DNA from: an uncultured bacterium
GTDB lineage: Bacteria; Gemmatimonadota; Gemmatimonadetes; Longimicrobiales; Gaopeijiaceae
Direction: 5' to 3'
NCBI GenBank assembly: GCA_965365235.1
Contig: CBDUAX010000001.1
Location: 1 to 50,042, forward strand
DNA: 50,042 nucleotides
The notes beneath the pieces are model-generated. The model was not told the origin of the DNA. It saw only the letters and a program-made list of their open reading frames with translations, and did not search any database. A program made the position numbers and the translations under genes. Below, one piece after another: positions 19,679-27,853 of this stretch. The stretch's first letter is position 1, and every line of letters starts with the position of its first letter.

Positions 19679-20296
19679 ATGTCAGATTCCGAACCGACGG
19701 TAGGGAGAGACCAGGACGACCGCAGGGCCTTCCTGGGCAAGGCCTCGAACGCTGCGATGGCAGCCGGTCTGGTTGGTGGCTACGGAGGATTGGGCGCCAT
19801 CGCGGTCCGGTACCTGTACCCGGCCGGTGACACGGACATGGCGTGGCAGTACGTGGTGGAGGAGGACGAAGTGGATGTGGGGGCTTCGATCTTGTACAAA
19901 GGTCCCTCTGGAGAGACCATCAATATTGCCCGCCAGGGCCGAGGAAATGGGGTAGCCGATTTCATCGCCCTCTCCAGCACCTGTCCCCACCTGGGATGCC
20001 AGGTTCGTTGGGAAGGACAGAACGAGCGCTTCTTTTGCCCTTGCCACAACGGTGTTTTTGATCCCTCGGGGAAAGGGATCGGGGGGCCCCCAGGGGATGC
20101 CGGACAGAGTCTTGCAGAATACCCACTGAAACTTGAGGGCGGACTCTTGCATATTGCGGTTCCCGTCGTACGCCTGGCGGACGGATCCCTCGCCGAGGGG
20201 GAGGTCCTGGTGGCGGAAGAGAGACCCGAGGGCCCCGGCCATGATCCCTGCTTGGCCCCGCCCTCTTCCGGTGGGGGGAAGGTCAGGAGGGGCTGA
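19679..20296 (+). CDS. Rieske [2Fe-2S] subunit of a cytochrome bc/b6f-type complex
   Basis: Tat motif DDRRAFLGKA with a TM anchor. Rieske boxes CPHLGC and CPCHNG. Confidence 0.9.
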   Translation: MSDSEPTVGRDQDDRRAFLGKASNAAMAAGLVGGYGGLGAIAVRYLYPAGDTDMAWQYVVEEDEVDVGASILYKGPSGETINIARQGRGNGVADFIALSSTCPHLGCQVRWEGQNERFFCPCHNGVFDPSGKGIGGPPGDAGQSLAEYPLKLEGGLLHIAVPVVRLADGSLAEGEVLVAEERPEGPGHDPCLAPPSSGGGKVRRG

Positions 20297-20298
20297 CC

Positions 20299-21348
20299 AT
20301 GAGCCAGGTCCTGAACTGGGTGGGAGAGAGGCTTCCCATCTCCGGGAGGGAGCTCAAGGAACTAACCAACGAGCCCGTTCCCTACCATCTGAAACGCTGG
20401 TGGTTCGCCCTTGGAGGGACCCCCGCATACCTGTTCGTGGTTCAGATCTTCACGGGAATCCTCCTGGCATTTTATTATGAGGCTTCTCCTTCCACGGCCT
20501 ACCAATCGGTAGAGTTCATCACAAGAGAGGTTTCCTTCGGGTGGTTCATCCGGAGCCTCCACAAGTGGGCGGCCACCCTCATGATCGCCGCCGTGATTCT
20601 TCATCAGATCCGGGTGTATTTCACGGGTGCCTACCGCCGTCCGCGAGAGATCAACTGGTTCGTGGGCATGTGTCTTCTGCTGACGACCCTCATGACAGGG
20701 TTCACCGGGTACAGCCTGGTGTTCGAACAGCTGAGCTTCTGGGGAGCTACGGTGGGTGCCAACATCGCCGACGCCACACCTCTGATCGGGGGGTTTTTGA
20801 AGGCGATGATGCTTGGGGGAGAAAGCTACAACCAGGCAACCCTGTCACGCTTCTTCGTGCTCCATGCTGCCATCCTGCCGGTGACCATCGTTCTGTTGGT
20901 GGCGGTCCACATCACCATCATCCGGCTTCAGGGGGTGACGGAGTTCCAATTCGAAGATGAGAAGACCGGCTCGAGGAAGACCTTCAACTTCTTCCCCGAT
21001 CACCTCTATACCGAGCTCATGATCGGCTTGGTTCTCATGATCCTCCTGAGCGCCTTGGCCACCATCTTCCCCGCTACCCTGGGGCCGGCCGCCAATCCCC
21101 TTCAGACACCGGAAGTCATCAAGCCCGAGTGGTTCTTCTACGTGGCGTTCCGTTGGCTGAAGCTCTTCACCGGTACGGCCGCCATTCTGAGCATGGGGTT
21201 TGTTCTTTTCGTCATGTTCGCGTGGCCCTTTATCGACGCACTCATCCGGAAGAAGACCCGGTTCCAGGAGGCCTCCGTCTGGATCGGAATCCTGGGAGTA
21301 CTGGCCATCATCGGGCTGACCCTTTGGGAAGCCATCGCCAAGCACTGA
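20299..21348 (+). CDS. cytochrome b (fused b6 + subunit-IV-like)
   Basis: Starts 2 nt after the Rieske stop. Motifs WWFALGG, FIRSLHKWAATLMIAAVILHQIRVYFTGAY, and the Qo-site PEW motif (IKPEWFFY) in the C-terminal part. Confidence 0.9.
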   Translation: MSQVLNWVGERLPISGRELKELTNEPVPYHLKRWWFALGGTPAYLFVVQIFTGILLAFYYEASPSTAYQSVEFITREVSFGWFIRSLHKWAATLMIAAVILHQIRVYFTGAYRRPREINWFVGMCLLLTTLMTGFTGYSLVFEQLSFWGATVGANIADATPLIGGFLKAMMLGGESYNQATLSRFFVLHAAILPVTIVLLVAVHITIIRLQGVTEFQFEDEKTGSRKTFNFFPDHLYTELMIGLVLMILLSALATIFPATLGPAANPLQTPEVIKPEWFFYVAFRWLKLFTGTAAILSMGFVLFVMFAWPFIDALIRKKTRFQEASVWIGILGVLAIIGLTLWEAIAKH

Positions 21349-21357
21349 GGCACGTAA

Positions 21358-22995
21358 ATGACCCTCGAGACAAAACGCATCGTTATCGCTTCTTTGGGCG
21401 GACTCTTCCTTCTGTCCCTGGTTTTCGTTCAGTGGATGGAGACCGCAAGGAAGGCGGAGGAGGCGGGGTTGAGAGATGCCCATGTCGCCGTGCCGGCGGC
21501 TTCGGAACAGTGTGTGGACTGCCATGCCGAGGAGAACCCGGGCATTGTCTCGCACTGGACGGGAAGTACCCACGCCGAGCGGGGCGTGGGGTGCTATGAC
21601 TGCCACATGGCGGTCCCCGACGATGCCGACGCCTACCTCCATCATGGGGTGCAGGTGGCAACGGTAGTCACGCCCAGGGATTGTGCCCGATGCCACGACG
21701 CTGAGGCATCGGAGTTTTCCCAGAGCCACCACGCGGCAGCCGGGAATATCCTCGCTTCGTTGGACAACTTCCTGGCTGAGACGGTGGAGGGGGCCCGGAT
21801 GGACTTCAACCCCCACTCACCGACACCGGGAAGGGCCTTCGAGTCCGCGAACGGCTTCGCTTCCGCCAACTCAGGGTGCAAGCAATGCCATGGGGCCCAG
21901 GTCGGACTGGTTGCCACGGATGGTAGCATCATTACCGCGGACCATCTCCAACCCGATGAAGACGGGCTCCCGACCAATCAAGATGCTGTGGCCCGCATCG
22001 CCCTGGACGAGAACGGAAAGCCCTACCTGGCCCCCTCCGGTTGGCCGAATACCGGGATCGGACGCCTGAACCTGGATGGGTCCAAGGGTTCCTGCACGGC
22101 ATGTCATTCCCGCCACGACTTCTCACCCCGGAGGGCCAGACAACCCGAGAACTGCGGAAAATGCCATCTGGGTCCTGATCATCCCCAGAAGGAGATCTAC
22201 GAGGAGTCCAAGCATGGGATCGCATATCGAGACCTCAAAGAGGACATGAACCTCGCCTCAGAGAGCTGGGTTCTGGGGGAGGACTATGCTGCGGCTCCCA
22301 CCTGCGCGACTTGCCACATGTCCGGGAACCTCCGGAATGGCGGGCGAATCACCCATGACCCGGGGGAACGGATCTCGTGGACCAACCGCCCCGCGGTGAG
22401 CCTTGTCATGGACACGGATATCAACCACTCCATCGTCACCGAAACCGATCCGGAGACCCGGCGATCGCTCATCCATGACACCTGGACGGAGAAGCGAGAC
22501 CGGATGAAGGAGGTCTGCACACACTGTCATACTGATGACTATGTGAACTCCTTCTACAGCCAGTACGACGACCTGGTGGTTCTGTACAACGAGAAGTTCG
22601 CCAAGCCCGGCTTGGCCATCATGGCGTCAATCCTGGAGAACGACCTACGGACCTCCACTCAGTTCGATGAAGAGATCGAGTGGTCCTGGTTCTACCTCTG
22701 GCACCACGAGGGCCGAAGGGCCCGGCACGGTGCCTCCATGATGGCGCCGGATTACACCCATTGGCACGGGATGTACGAGGTGGCCGAGCGCTTCTACATG
22801 GAGCTGATCCCACAGGCTCGGGAAATCGCCGCTCACGCCATGACGAGCGGGCACGCCGCCGCAGGTCGAGCCGTAAGCGCGGTCATCGATGAGATCCTGG
22901 CTCGGCCCGAACACATCTGGTTCGAGGAGGGGGCTGAAGGGCAGGCGGAAGCCATCCGGAGAGAGATGGAACGACGCTACGGCAGGGGCGGATGA
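21358..22995 (+). CDS. membrane-anchored octahaem cytochrome c, hydroxylamine-oxidoreductase (HAO)-like family
   Basis: Eight CxxCH motifs (CVDCH, CYDCH, CARCH, CKQCH, CTACH, CGKCH, CATCH, CTHCH) and no CxxCK. N-terminal hydrophobic anchor IVIASLGGLFLLSLVFVQW. HAO-like blocks GPDHPQKEIYEESKHG and WFYLWHHEGRRARHGASMMAPDYTHWHG. The family assignment is from memory of these blocks. Confidence 0.78.
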   Translation: MTLETKRIVIASLGGLFLLSLVFVQWMETARKAEEAGLRDAHVAVPAASEQCVDCHAEENPGIVSHWTGSTHAERGVGCYDCHMAVPDDADAYLHHGVQVATVVTPRDCARCHDAEASEFSQSHHAAAGNILASLDNFLAETVEGARMDFNPHSPTPGRAFESANGFASANSGCKQCHGAQVGLVATDGSIITADHLQPDEDGLPTNQDAVARIALDENGKPYLAPSGWPNTGIGRLNLDGSKGSCTACHSRHDFSPRRARQPENCGKCHLGPDHPQKEIYEESKHGIAYRDLKEDMNLASESWVLGEDYAAAPTCATCHMSGNLRNGGRITHDPGERISWTNRPAVSLVMDTDINHSIVTETDPETRRSLIHDTWTEKRDRMKEVCTHCHTDDYVNSFYSQYDDLVVLYNEKFAKPGLAIMASILENDLRTSTQFDEEIEWSWFYLWHHEGRRARHGASMMAPDYTHWHGMYEVAERFYMELIPQAREIAAHAMTSGHAAAGRAVSAVIDEILARPEHIWFEEGAEGQAEAIRREMERRYGRGG

Positions 22996-25379
22996 TCATG
23001 AAGCGCAGAAACTTTCTGAAAACGTTGGGGGCCAGCACCGCTGGCATCGCCGCCTTCTCATGTCAGGACCAGGAGGCTGCCCGACGCATTGCCTCCGAGC
23101 AGGGGTCCGTCCAGGATGCAGACCTGACCTGGACCAAGGCGCCTTGTCGATACTGTGGGACCGGTTGTGGTGTTGAGGTCGGTGTGAAAGAGAACCGCAT
23201 TTTGGCGGTGCGAGGAGACGAGGCCAGCCCAGTCAACAGGGGACTCCTCTGCGTGAAGGGTTACCACCTCCCCGCCATGCTCTACGGAGAGGACCGCCTC
23301 AGGTACCCCATGCTCCGAAACCCGGACGGAAACGGGTTCTCACGGATCTCCTGGGACGAAGCGTTGGACCTCATCGCGCAGAAGTACCAGGAAGCCCTGG
23401 ACGAGGCGGGACCCACATCTGTCGCCTTCTACGGGTCGGGACAGTGGGGCATTCACGACGGGTATGCCGTGACCAAGTGGTTCAGGGGGGGGCTCAAGAG
23501 TAACAATGTGGAGCCCAACGCGCGGCTCTGCATGGCCAGCGCCGTGATGGGGTTCGTGACGACGTTCCAGAGCGACGAGCCGATGGGGTGCTACGAGGAC
23601 TTCGAGGCCGGCGACGACTTCATCCTCTGGGGCAACAACATGGCCGAGATGCACCCCGTCCTCTTCTCTCGGATCCTGGCCAACAAACGAGAAAACCCTG
23701 GAGTCCGGATCGTCGATCTAGGCACGCGACGGACGCCCACGTCGGACTACGCCGACATGTACGTGGAGTTCAAACCCAACACCGACCTGGCCCTGGCCAA
23801 TGGAATCCTCCACCTCCTCGTCCAGAATGGGCAGGTGGATCAGGCCTTCGTCCAGGAGAACGTGACCTTCCGACGAGGGATCGAGGAGTTGGAGCGTATC
23901 GGATACGGGTCCTTCGGGGAGGATGGTCTCGGACTGAGTTCAGACGATGGACCGGCCGAGCACTACAGGTTCTCCGACCAGGCCCAGGTGTCTTCATTCG
24001 ATGAGATGGTGGTGTTCCTGGCCGATTACACCCCGGCTCGGGTCAGCGAGATTTGTGGGGTCCCGGAAGGACAGATCCGGGCTCTGGCCGAGATGTACGG
24101 GGATCGGGACCGGGGCACGGTGAGCCTCTGGTGCATGGGCGTGAACCAGCACGTCCGGGGCACCTGGATGAACAACCTCATCACCGACCTTCACCTCATC
24201 ACTGGGAAGATCAGCCGTCCGGGGAACAATCCCTTCAGTCTTACCGGCCAGCCCTCGGCCTGTGGCACCGCTCGAGAGGTAGGGACCTTGTCCAACCGGC
24301 TGCCGGCCGACCTGGTGGTCATGAACCCGGAGCATCGGGCGAAGGCGGAGGAGATATGGGGACTTCCCTCCGGGACTATCCCGGAGCGGCCCGGCTACCA
24401 TACCATGGACATGTTTCGTGCCTTCATGCGGGGTGACGTGAAAGTCATGTGGGTGCAAACCACGAACCCCTGGGTGAGCATCCCCAATGTCAACCGCATA
24501 CAGCGGGAACCGAACGACGGACGTTTCCTCATCGTCAGTGACATCTATCCGACTCCGACCACAGAAGCGGCCGACCTGGTTCTGCCCTCCGCCGGGTGGG
24601 TGGAGCGGGAAGGGACCTTCGGGAACTCGGAACGCCGCACACAGCACTGGGTGAAGGCGGTGGATCCACCCGGTGAAGCCCGTGAAGACGCCCTCCAGGT
24701 CATTCAGGTGGCCAAGCGTATGGGAATGGAAGACCTCTTCCCCTGGCCGGAGGACGCTTTCCACGAACCCATGTTCGAGGAATACCGGCGTTTCGGTTTG
24801 GGCATCGGGAAGGATCTCGCATCCTACCAGCAACTGAAGGAGACGAGGGGGCTTCTGTGGCCCGTGGTGGACGGGAAGGAAACCCGGTATCGGTATGCCG
24901 CCGGGTTCGATCCCTATGTTCAGAAGGAACGGGGAGTGCACTTCTACAAAGCGAAGGGTTTTGGGGAACGTGCGGCCTTCTGGCTCAGGCCGTACCATCC
25001 AGCGGCTGAGACGCCAGATGAGGAGTTCCCCTTCTGGCTTTCCACCGGTCGGATCCTGGAGCACTGGCATACAGGATCCATGACCCGGCGGGTGAAACAG
25101 CTCCACCAGGCCGCCCCCGAGGCCTACGTAGAAATCAACCGAGCCGATGCCACCGAGATGAGCATCAATTCGGGAGACATGGTCAGGGTGGTAAGCCGCC
25201 GTGGATCGCTGAGGCTCGCGGCACGGGTGGATGGACGAGGACAACCCCCTCGAGGATCCTTGTTCATTCCCTTCTTCGACGAACACCGCCTGGCCAATCT
25301 CCTCACCCTGGATGCCATGGACAACATCAGCAAAGAACCGGATTTCAAGAAGTGTGCGGTTCGGGTCGAGAAGGCGTGA
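22992..25379 (+). CDS. napA: periplasmic nitrate reductase catalytic subunit NapA
   Basis: ATGA overlap with the upstream stop. Tat signal MKRRNFLKTLGASTAGIAAF. N-terminal FeS motif CRYCGTGCGV...C(VKGY). Molybdopterin oxidoreductase body, 795 aa. Confidence 0.93.
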   Translation: MIMKRRNFLKTLGASTAGIAAFSCQDQEAARRIASEQGSVQDADLTWTKAPCRYCGTGCGVEVGVKENRILAVRGDEASPVNRGLLCVKGYHLPAMLYGEDRLRYPMLRNPDGNGFSRISWDEALDLIAQKYQEALDEAGPTSVAFYGSGQWGIHDGYAVTKWFRGGLKSNNVEPNARLCMASAVMGFVTTFQSDEPMGCYEDFEAGDDFILWGNNMAEMHPVLFSRILANKRENPGVRIVDLGTRRTPTSDYADMYVEFKPNTDLALANGILHLLVQNGQVDQAFVQENVTFRRGIEELERIGYGSFGEDGLGLSSDDGPAEHYRFSDQAQVSSFDEMVVFLADYTPARVSEICGVPEGQIRALAEMYGDRDRGTVSLWCMGVNQHVRGTWMNNLITDLHLITGKISRPGNNPFSLTGQPSACGTAREVGTLSNRLPADLVVMNPEHRAKAEEIWGLPSGTIPERPGYHTMDMFRAFMRGDVKVMWVQTTNPWVSIPNVNRIQREPNDGRFLIVSDIYPTPTTEAADLVLPSAGWVEREGTFGNSERRTQHWVKAVDPPGEAREDALQVIQVAKRMGMEDLFPWPEDAFHEPMFEEYRRFGLGIGKDLASYQQLKETRGLLWPVVDGKETRYRYAAGFDPYVQKERGVHFYKAKGFGERAAFWLRPYHPAAETPDEEFPFWLSTGRILEHWHTGSMTRRVKQLHQAAPEAYVEINRADATEMSINSGDMVRVVSRRGSLRLAARVDGRGQPPRGSLFIPFFDEHRLANLLTLDAMDNISKEPDFKKCAVRVEKA

Positions 25380-25444
25380 TGAGGCTTTCCGGGAGGGGCA
25401 CCGGATGGCGGGAAAGCGGTCCAGAGGCCGGCCGAGGTGCGGGC

Positions 25445-26056
25445 ATGCGGTTTCCCTCACTGTTCCAGAAGGCCTCGCTCCTGTTCTTGACGGGGAGTTT
25501 GATGGTGTCCCTGGTGGCCTGCGGGGATCGGGAGTGGGTTCCGGTCGAAGGCAAGGAGGGTGCGCTCAAGTCGAGCGCTAGCTACCGGGCGGATCGACGG
25601 CTCTACGACGGAGCACCTCCCGTGATCGGCCATGGTGACTTTGGGGCCGATTGTGCCACCTGCCATCATTCTCAGGGGATCTCGGTGGCCGGTGTTGGAT
25701 TCGCCCCGGCCTCTCCCCATGAGGATACGCGTGAGGAGGTGGCCACGACCCGGTGTAGACAATGCCATGTCTTTGCCAATACGACCGAGATTTTCGCTGA
25801 GAGTGACTTTGTCGGGTTCAGGCAGGACCTGAGGTCCGGAGGGCGCCTGTACGACGGCGCGCCACCAACCATCCCGCACAAGATCCTCATGCGGGAAAAC
25901 TGTGCGGCATGCCACACCGGGCCGGCTGCCCGGACTGAAATCGCCACGTCCCATCCGGAGCGGACCCGCTGTCGCCAGTGTCATGTTCCTGTCTCCACCC
26001 GCGACACCTTCTCTCTTCAAGGGACCATGGACCCGGAGGGATCGGACGAACCATGA
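25445..26056 (+). CDS. napB: tetrahaem lipoprotein made of two tandem NapB-like dihaem modules
   Basis: MRFPSLFQKASLLFLTGSLMVSLVAC has a lipobox. There are two repeats of RLYDGAPP(V/T)I(G/P)H...CxxCH...CRQCHV (CATCH/CRQCH and CAACH/CRQCH). An alternative start, ATG 25379, shares a base with the napA stop. Confidence 0.75.
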   Translation: MRFPSLFQKASLLFLTGSLMVSLVACGDREWVPVEGKEGALKSSASYRADRRLYDGAPPVIGHGDFGADCATCHHSQGISVAGVGFAPASPHEDTREEVATTRCRQCHVFANTTEIFAESDFVGFRQDLRSGGRLYDGAPPTIPHKILMRENCAACHTGPAARTEIATSHPERTRCRQCHVPVSTRDTFSLQGTMDPEGSDEP

Positions 26057-26610
26057 GTGATCTGCCGGCTGTGATGGAGTTGGGCCCGGAGGAAGAGGGG
26101 CGGCGCCTGTGGCAGGGGGCGGAGGAAGCTCAGAAAGAGGCCGCAAGCGATCTGGTGGCCTTGTTCGAGGTTCTGGACCTAGGGCTTCGGGCTGCAGAGG
26201 TGATGGTGACCCATCGGCTTCAGCCAGTGAAGGACGAGTTTCCGGCCACCATCGCCATCCAGCTCGAAACACCCACTCCTGAGGTGGAAGCCTATCGGGA
26301 CTCGGTGAGCGTGCCAAACGCGCTTCCGTTTGTCTCGGTTCTCGACCTGCTCAGCGAAGAAGGGTTGGAGTGCGTCAGCCCGAACCTGCATCGGGGCTGG
26401 GAGGATCGTCGGTTCTCATGTAAGCGTTCAAGGGTGACGGCGAAAGAGGCTCTGGGGATCACACTGGGGGAAGAGGAAAGGGAACAACTACTTCTTCTCG
26501 CCGCATATCGGAATCGGATCTTTCGGAGTCCTCCACCGGTGAGGGTTGTACGGGACGAGATCCTGGGGGCCTTTCCAGCCTTGAATCGGCTCATGAAAAG
26601 CCTGGTTTAA
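26053..26610 (+). CDS. hypothetical cytoplasmic protein, translationally coupled to the napB-like gene
   Basis: ATGA overlap (26053/26056). 185 aa, acidic, with no signal peptide and no motif I recognise. Confidence 0.55.
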   Translation: MSDLPAVMELGPEEEGRRLWQGAEEAQKEAASDLVALFEVLDLGLRAAEVMVTHRLQPVKDEFPATIAIQLETPTPEVEAYRDSVSVPNALPFVSVLDLLSEEGLECVSPNLHRGWEDRRFSCKRSRVTAKEALGITLGEEEREQLLLLAAYRNRIFRSPPPVRVVRDEILGAFPALNRLMKSLV

Positions 26611-26627
26611 CGTTTGGCCCTCCCTCC

Positions 26628-27674
26628 CTATTTCTGCTCCAAATCCGGATATAGCCTCACCACGCACTCAGGGCAGAGACCGTGGGTGACCTCGGCGTCG
26701 GAATGGTCCTTGAGGTAGACCTCGATCCGATTCCAGTACCCATCGTCATCCCTGATCTTGTGGCATGATGAGCAGATGGGGATCAGGCCCTGGAGGGTCC
26801 TGACCTTCGAAAGGGCGATCTGAAGTTCCTCGATCAGTGCTTCCTTCTCCCGCTCCTCAGCCTTCCTGTCCGAGATATCGTGGATCAGGGAGCAGAGTAA
26901 CTGCCTCCCTCCGACCGAAATGGGCCCGCTGAACACCTCCACCTCCCGGACCGTTCCGTCGGCCAGGCGATGCGTGAAAAGGAAGTAGTTCCTCTGCTCT
27001 GCTTTTGCCCTCTCCATCTCTTCGAAGATCTCGTACTCAGAGAGGATGTTGATATCCGTGATCTTCGTTTCTCTGAGTTGCCCGCGGCTCATCCGGTAGA
27101 ACTCGGTAGCCCGGACATTGGCATCTTTGATTGAGCCCGTCTCGGGGTCGATGAGGAGTATGGGAGAGACGTTGTTCTCGAAGAGCGACCTGTACAGATC
27201 CTCCTGTTCTTGCCGCAGGGATTCGGCCTCTTCCCTGGCCGTCACGTCCTGGATGGTCTCCACAATGGCAGAAAGCTCTCCTCCGGCGTCCCGGATGGGC
27301 CAGGCGACAAACTCTTCTGAATATCGAACTCCGCCACGTTCAACGACCCTCACCTCGCTCTTCTCAACCTCCCCCGAGGCGAGTGCCCGGATCCCGGGAC
27401 AGTCCTCGCAGGGGTGGCTGCGGTCCAAGAGAGCCGAAAAACAGAACCGCCCCTCCAGAGGAAGCTTCTCGGGAAACCGGGATCGCACCGGCTGGTTGGC
27501 ATGCAGGATTTTCAGATCGGGGCTGAGGACGACGAGCCCGTCTCTCATCGAATCGAGGATCTCTCTCAGGAATCCTTCACTTTCATCTGGTACTCCTGGG
27601 ACATTCATTTCTGAACCTCGGTGGGGGATCAGATTTTGGTCCGGGGCTTCCTCGTACCTGCTACCCCGACCCAT
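26628..27674 (-). CDS. tandem-PAS sensor protein with C-terminal CxxC...CxxC zinc-ribbon-like tail
   Basis: Two PAS-like blocks (ILDSMRDGLVVLSPD..., LYRSLFENNVSPILLIDPETGSI...). The tail reads LIPICSSCHKIRDDDGYWNRIEVYLKDHSDAEVTHGLCPEC. An alternative start is ATG 27608. Confidence 0.85.
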   Translation of the reverse strand: MGRGSRYEEAPDQNLIPHRGSEMNVPGVPDESEGFLREILDSMRDGLVVLSPDLKILHANQPVRSRFPEKLPLEGRFCFSALLDRSHPCEDCPGIRALASGEVEKSEVRVVERGGVRYSEEFVAWPIRDAGGELSAIVETIQDVTAREEAESLRQEQEDLYRSLFENNVSPILLIDPETGSIKDANVRATEFYRMSRGQLRETKITDINILSEYEIFEEMERAKAEQRNYFLFTHRLADGTVREVEVFSGPISVGGRQLLCSLIHDISDRKAEEREKEALIEELQIALSKVRTLQGLIPICSSCHKIRDDDGYWNRIEVYLKDHSDAEVTHGLCPECVVRLYPDLEQK

Positions 27675-27853
27675 TATACTCCCTGCCCATTTCCTGGGCG
27701 ACGATTTCCGAACCGGCCGGGCCAGGAGCAGCTGTCCAGGAGAACTCCTCCCGACTGGTGGTTGTACCTATGTTGTAGGCCTGATTGGCTAGACACCCTG
27801 ACCGCGATCTTGGAGAGCCCGCCTTGAATTTTGTGCCCCCTTTCGGAGAAGGG

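Noticed and set aside
23994-25460. 488-aa ORF antisense to napA. Similar long antisense ORFs occur at 1532..2410, 7257..8171, 11900..12646, 25457..26317, 30088..30930 and 36492..37517.
   Set aside because: The composition is Arg/Pro/Gly-rich and low in complexity with no recognisable motifs, and each lies opposite a gene with clear family signatures. These are typical shadow ORFs of high-GC DNA.
26480-26540. LLLLAAYRNRIFRSPP in the nap-operon orphan as a HEPN-like Rx4-6H motif.
   Set aside because: The His is replaced by Arg and no other HEPN features are visible. The resemblance is too weak to claim.
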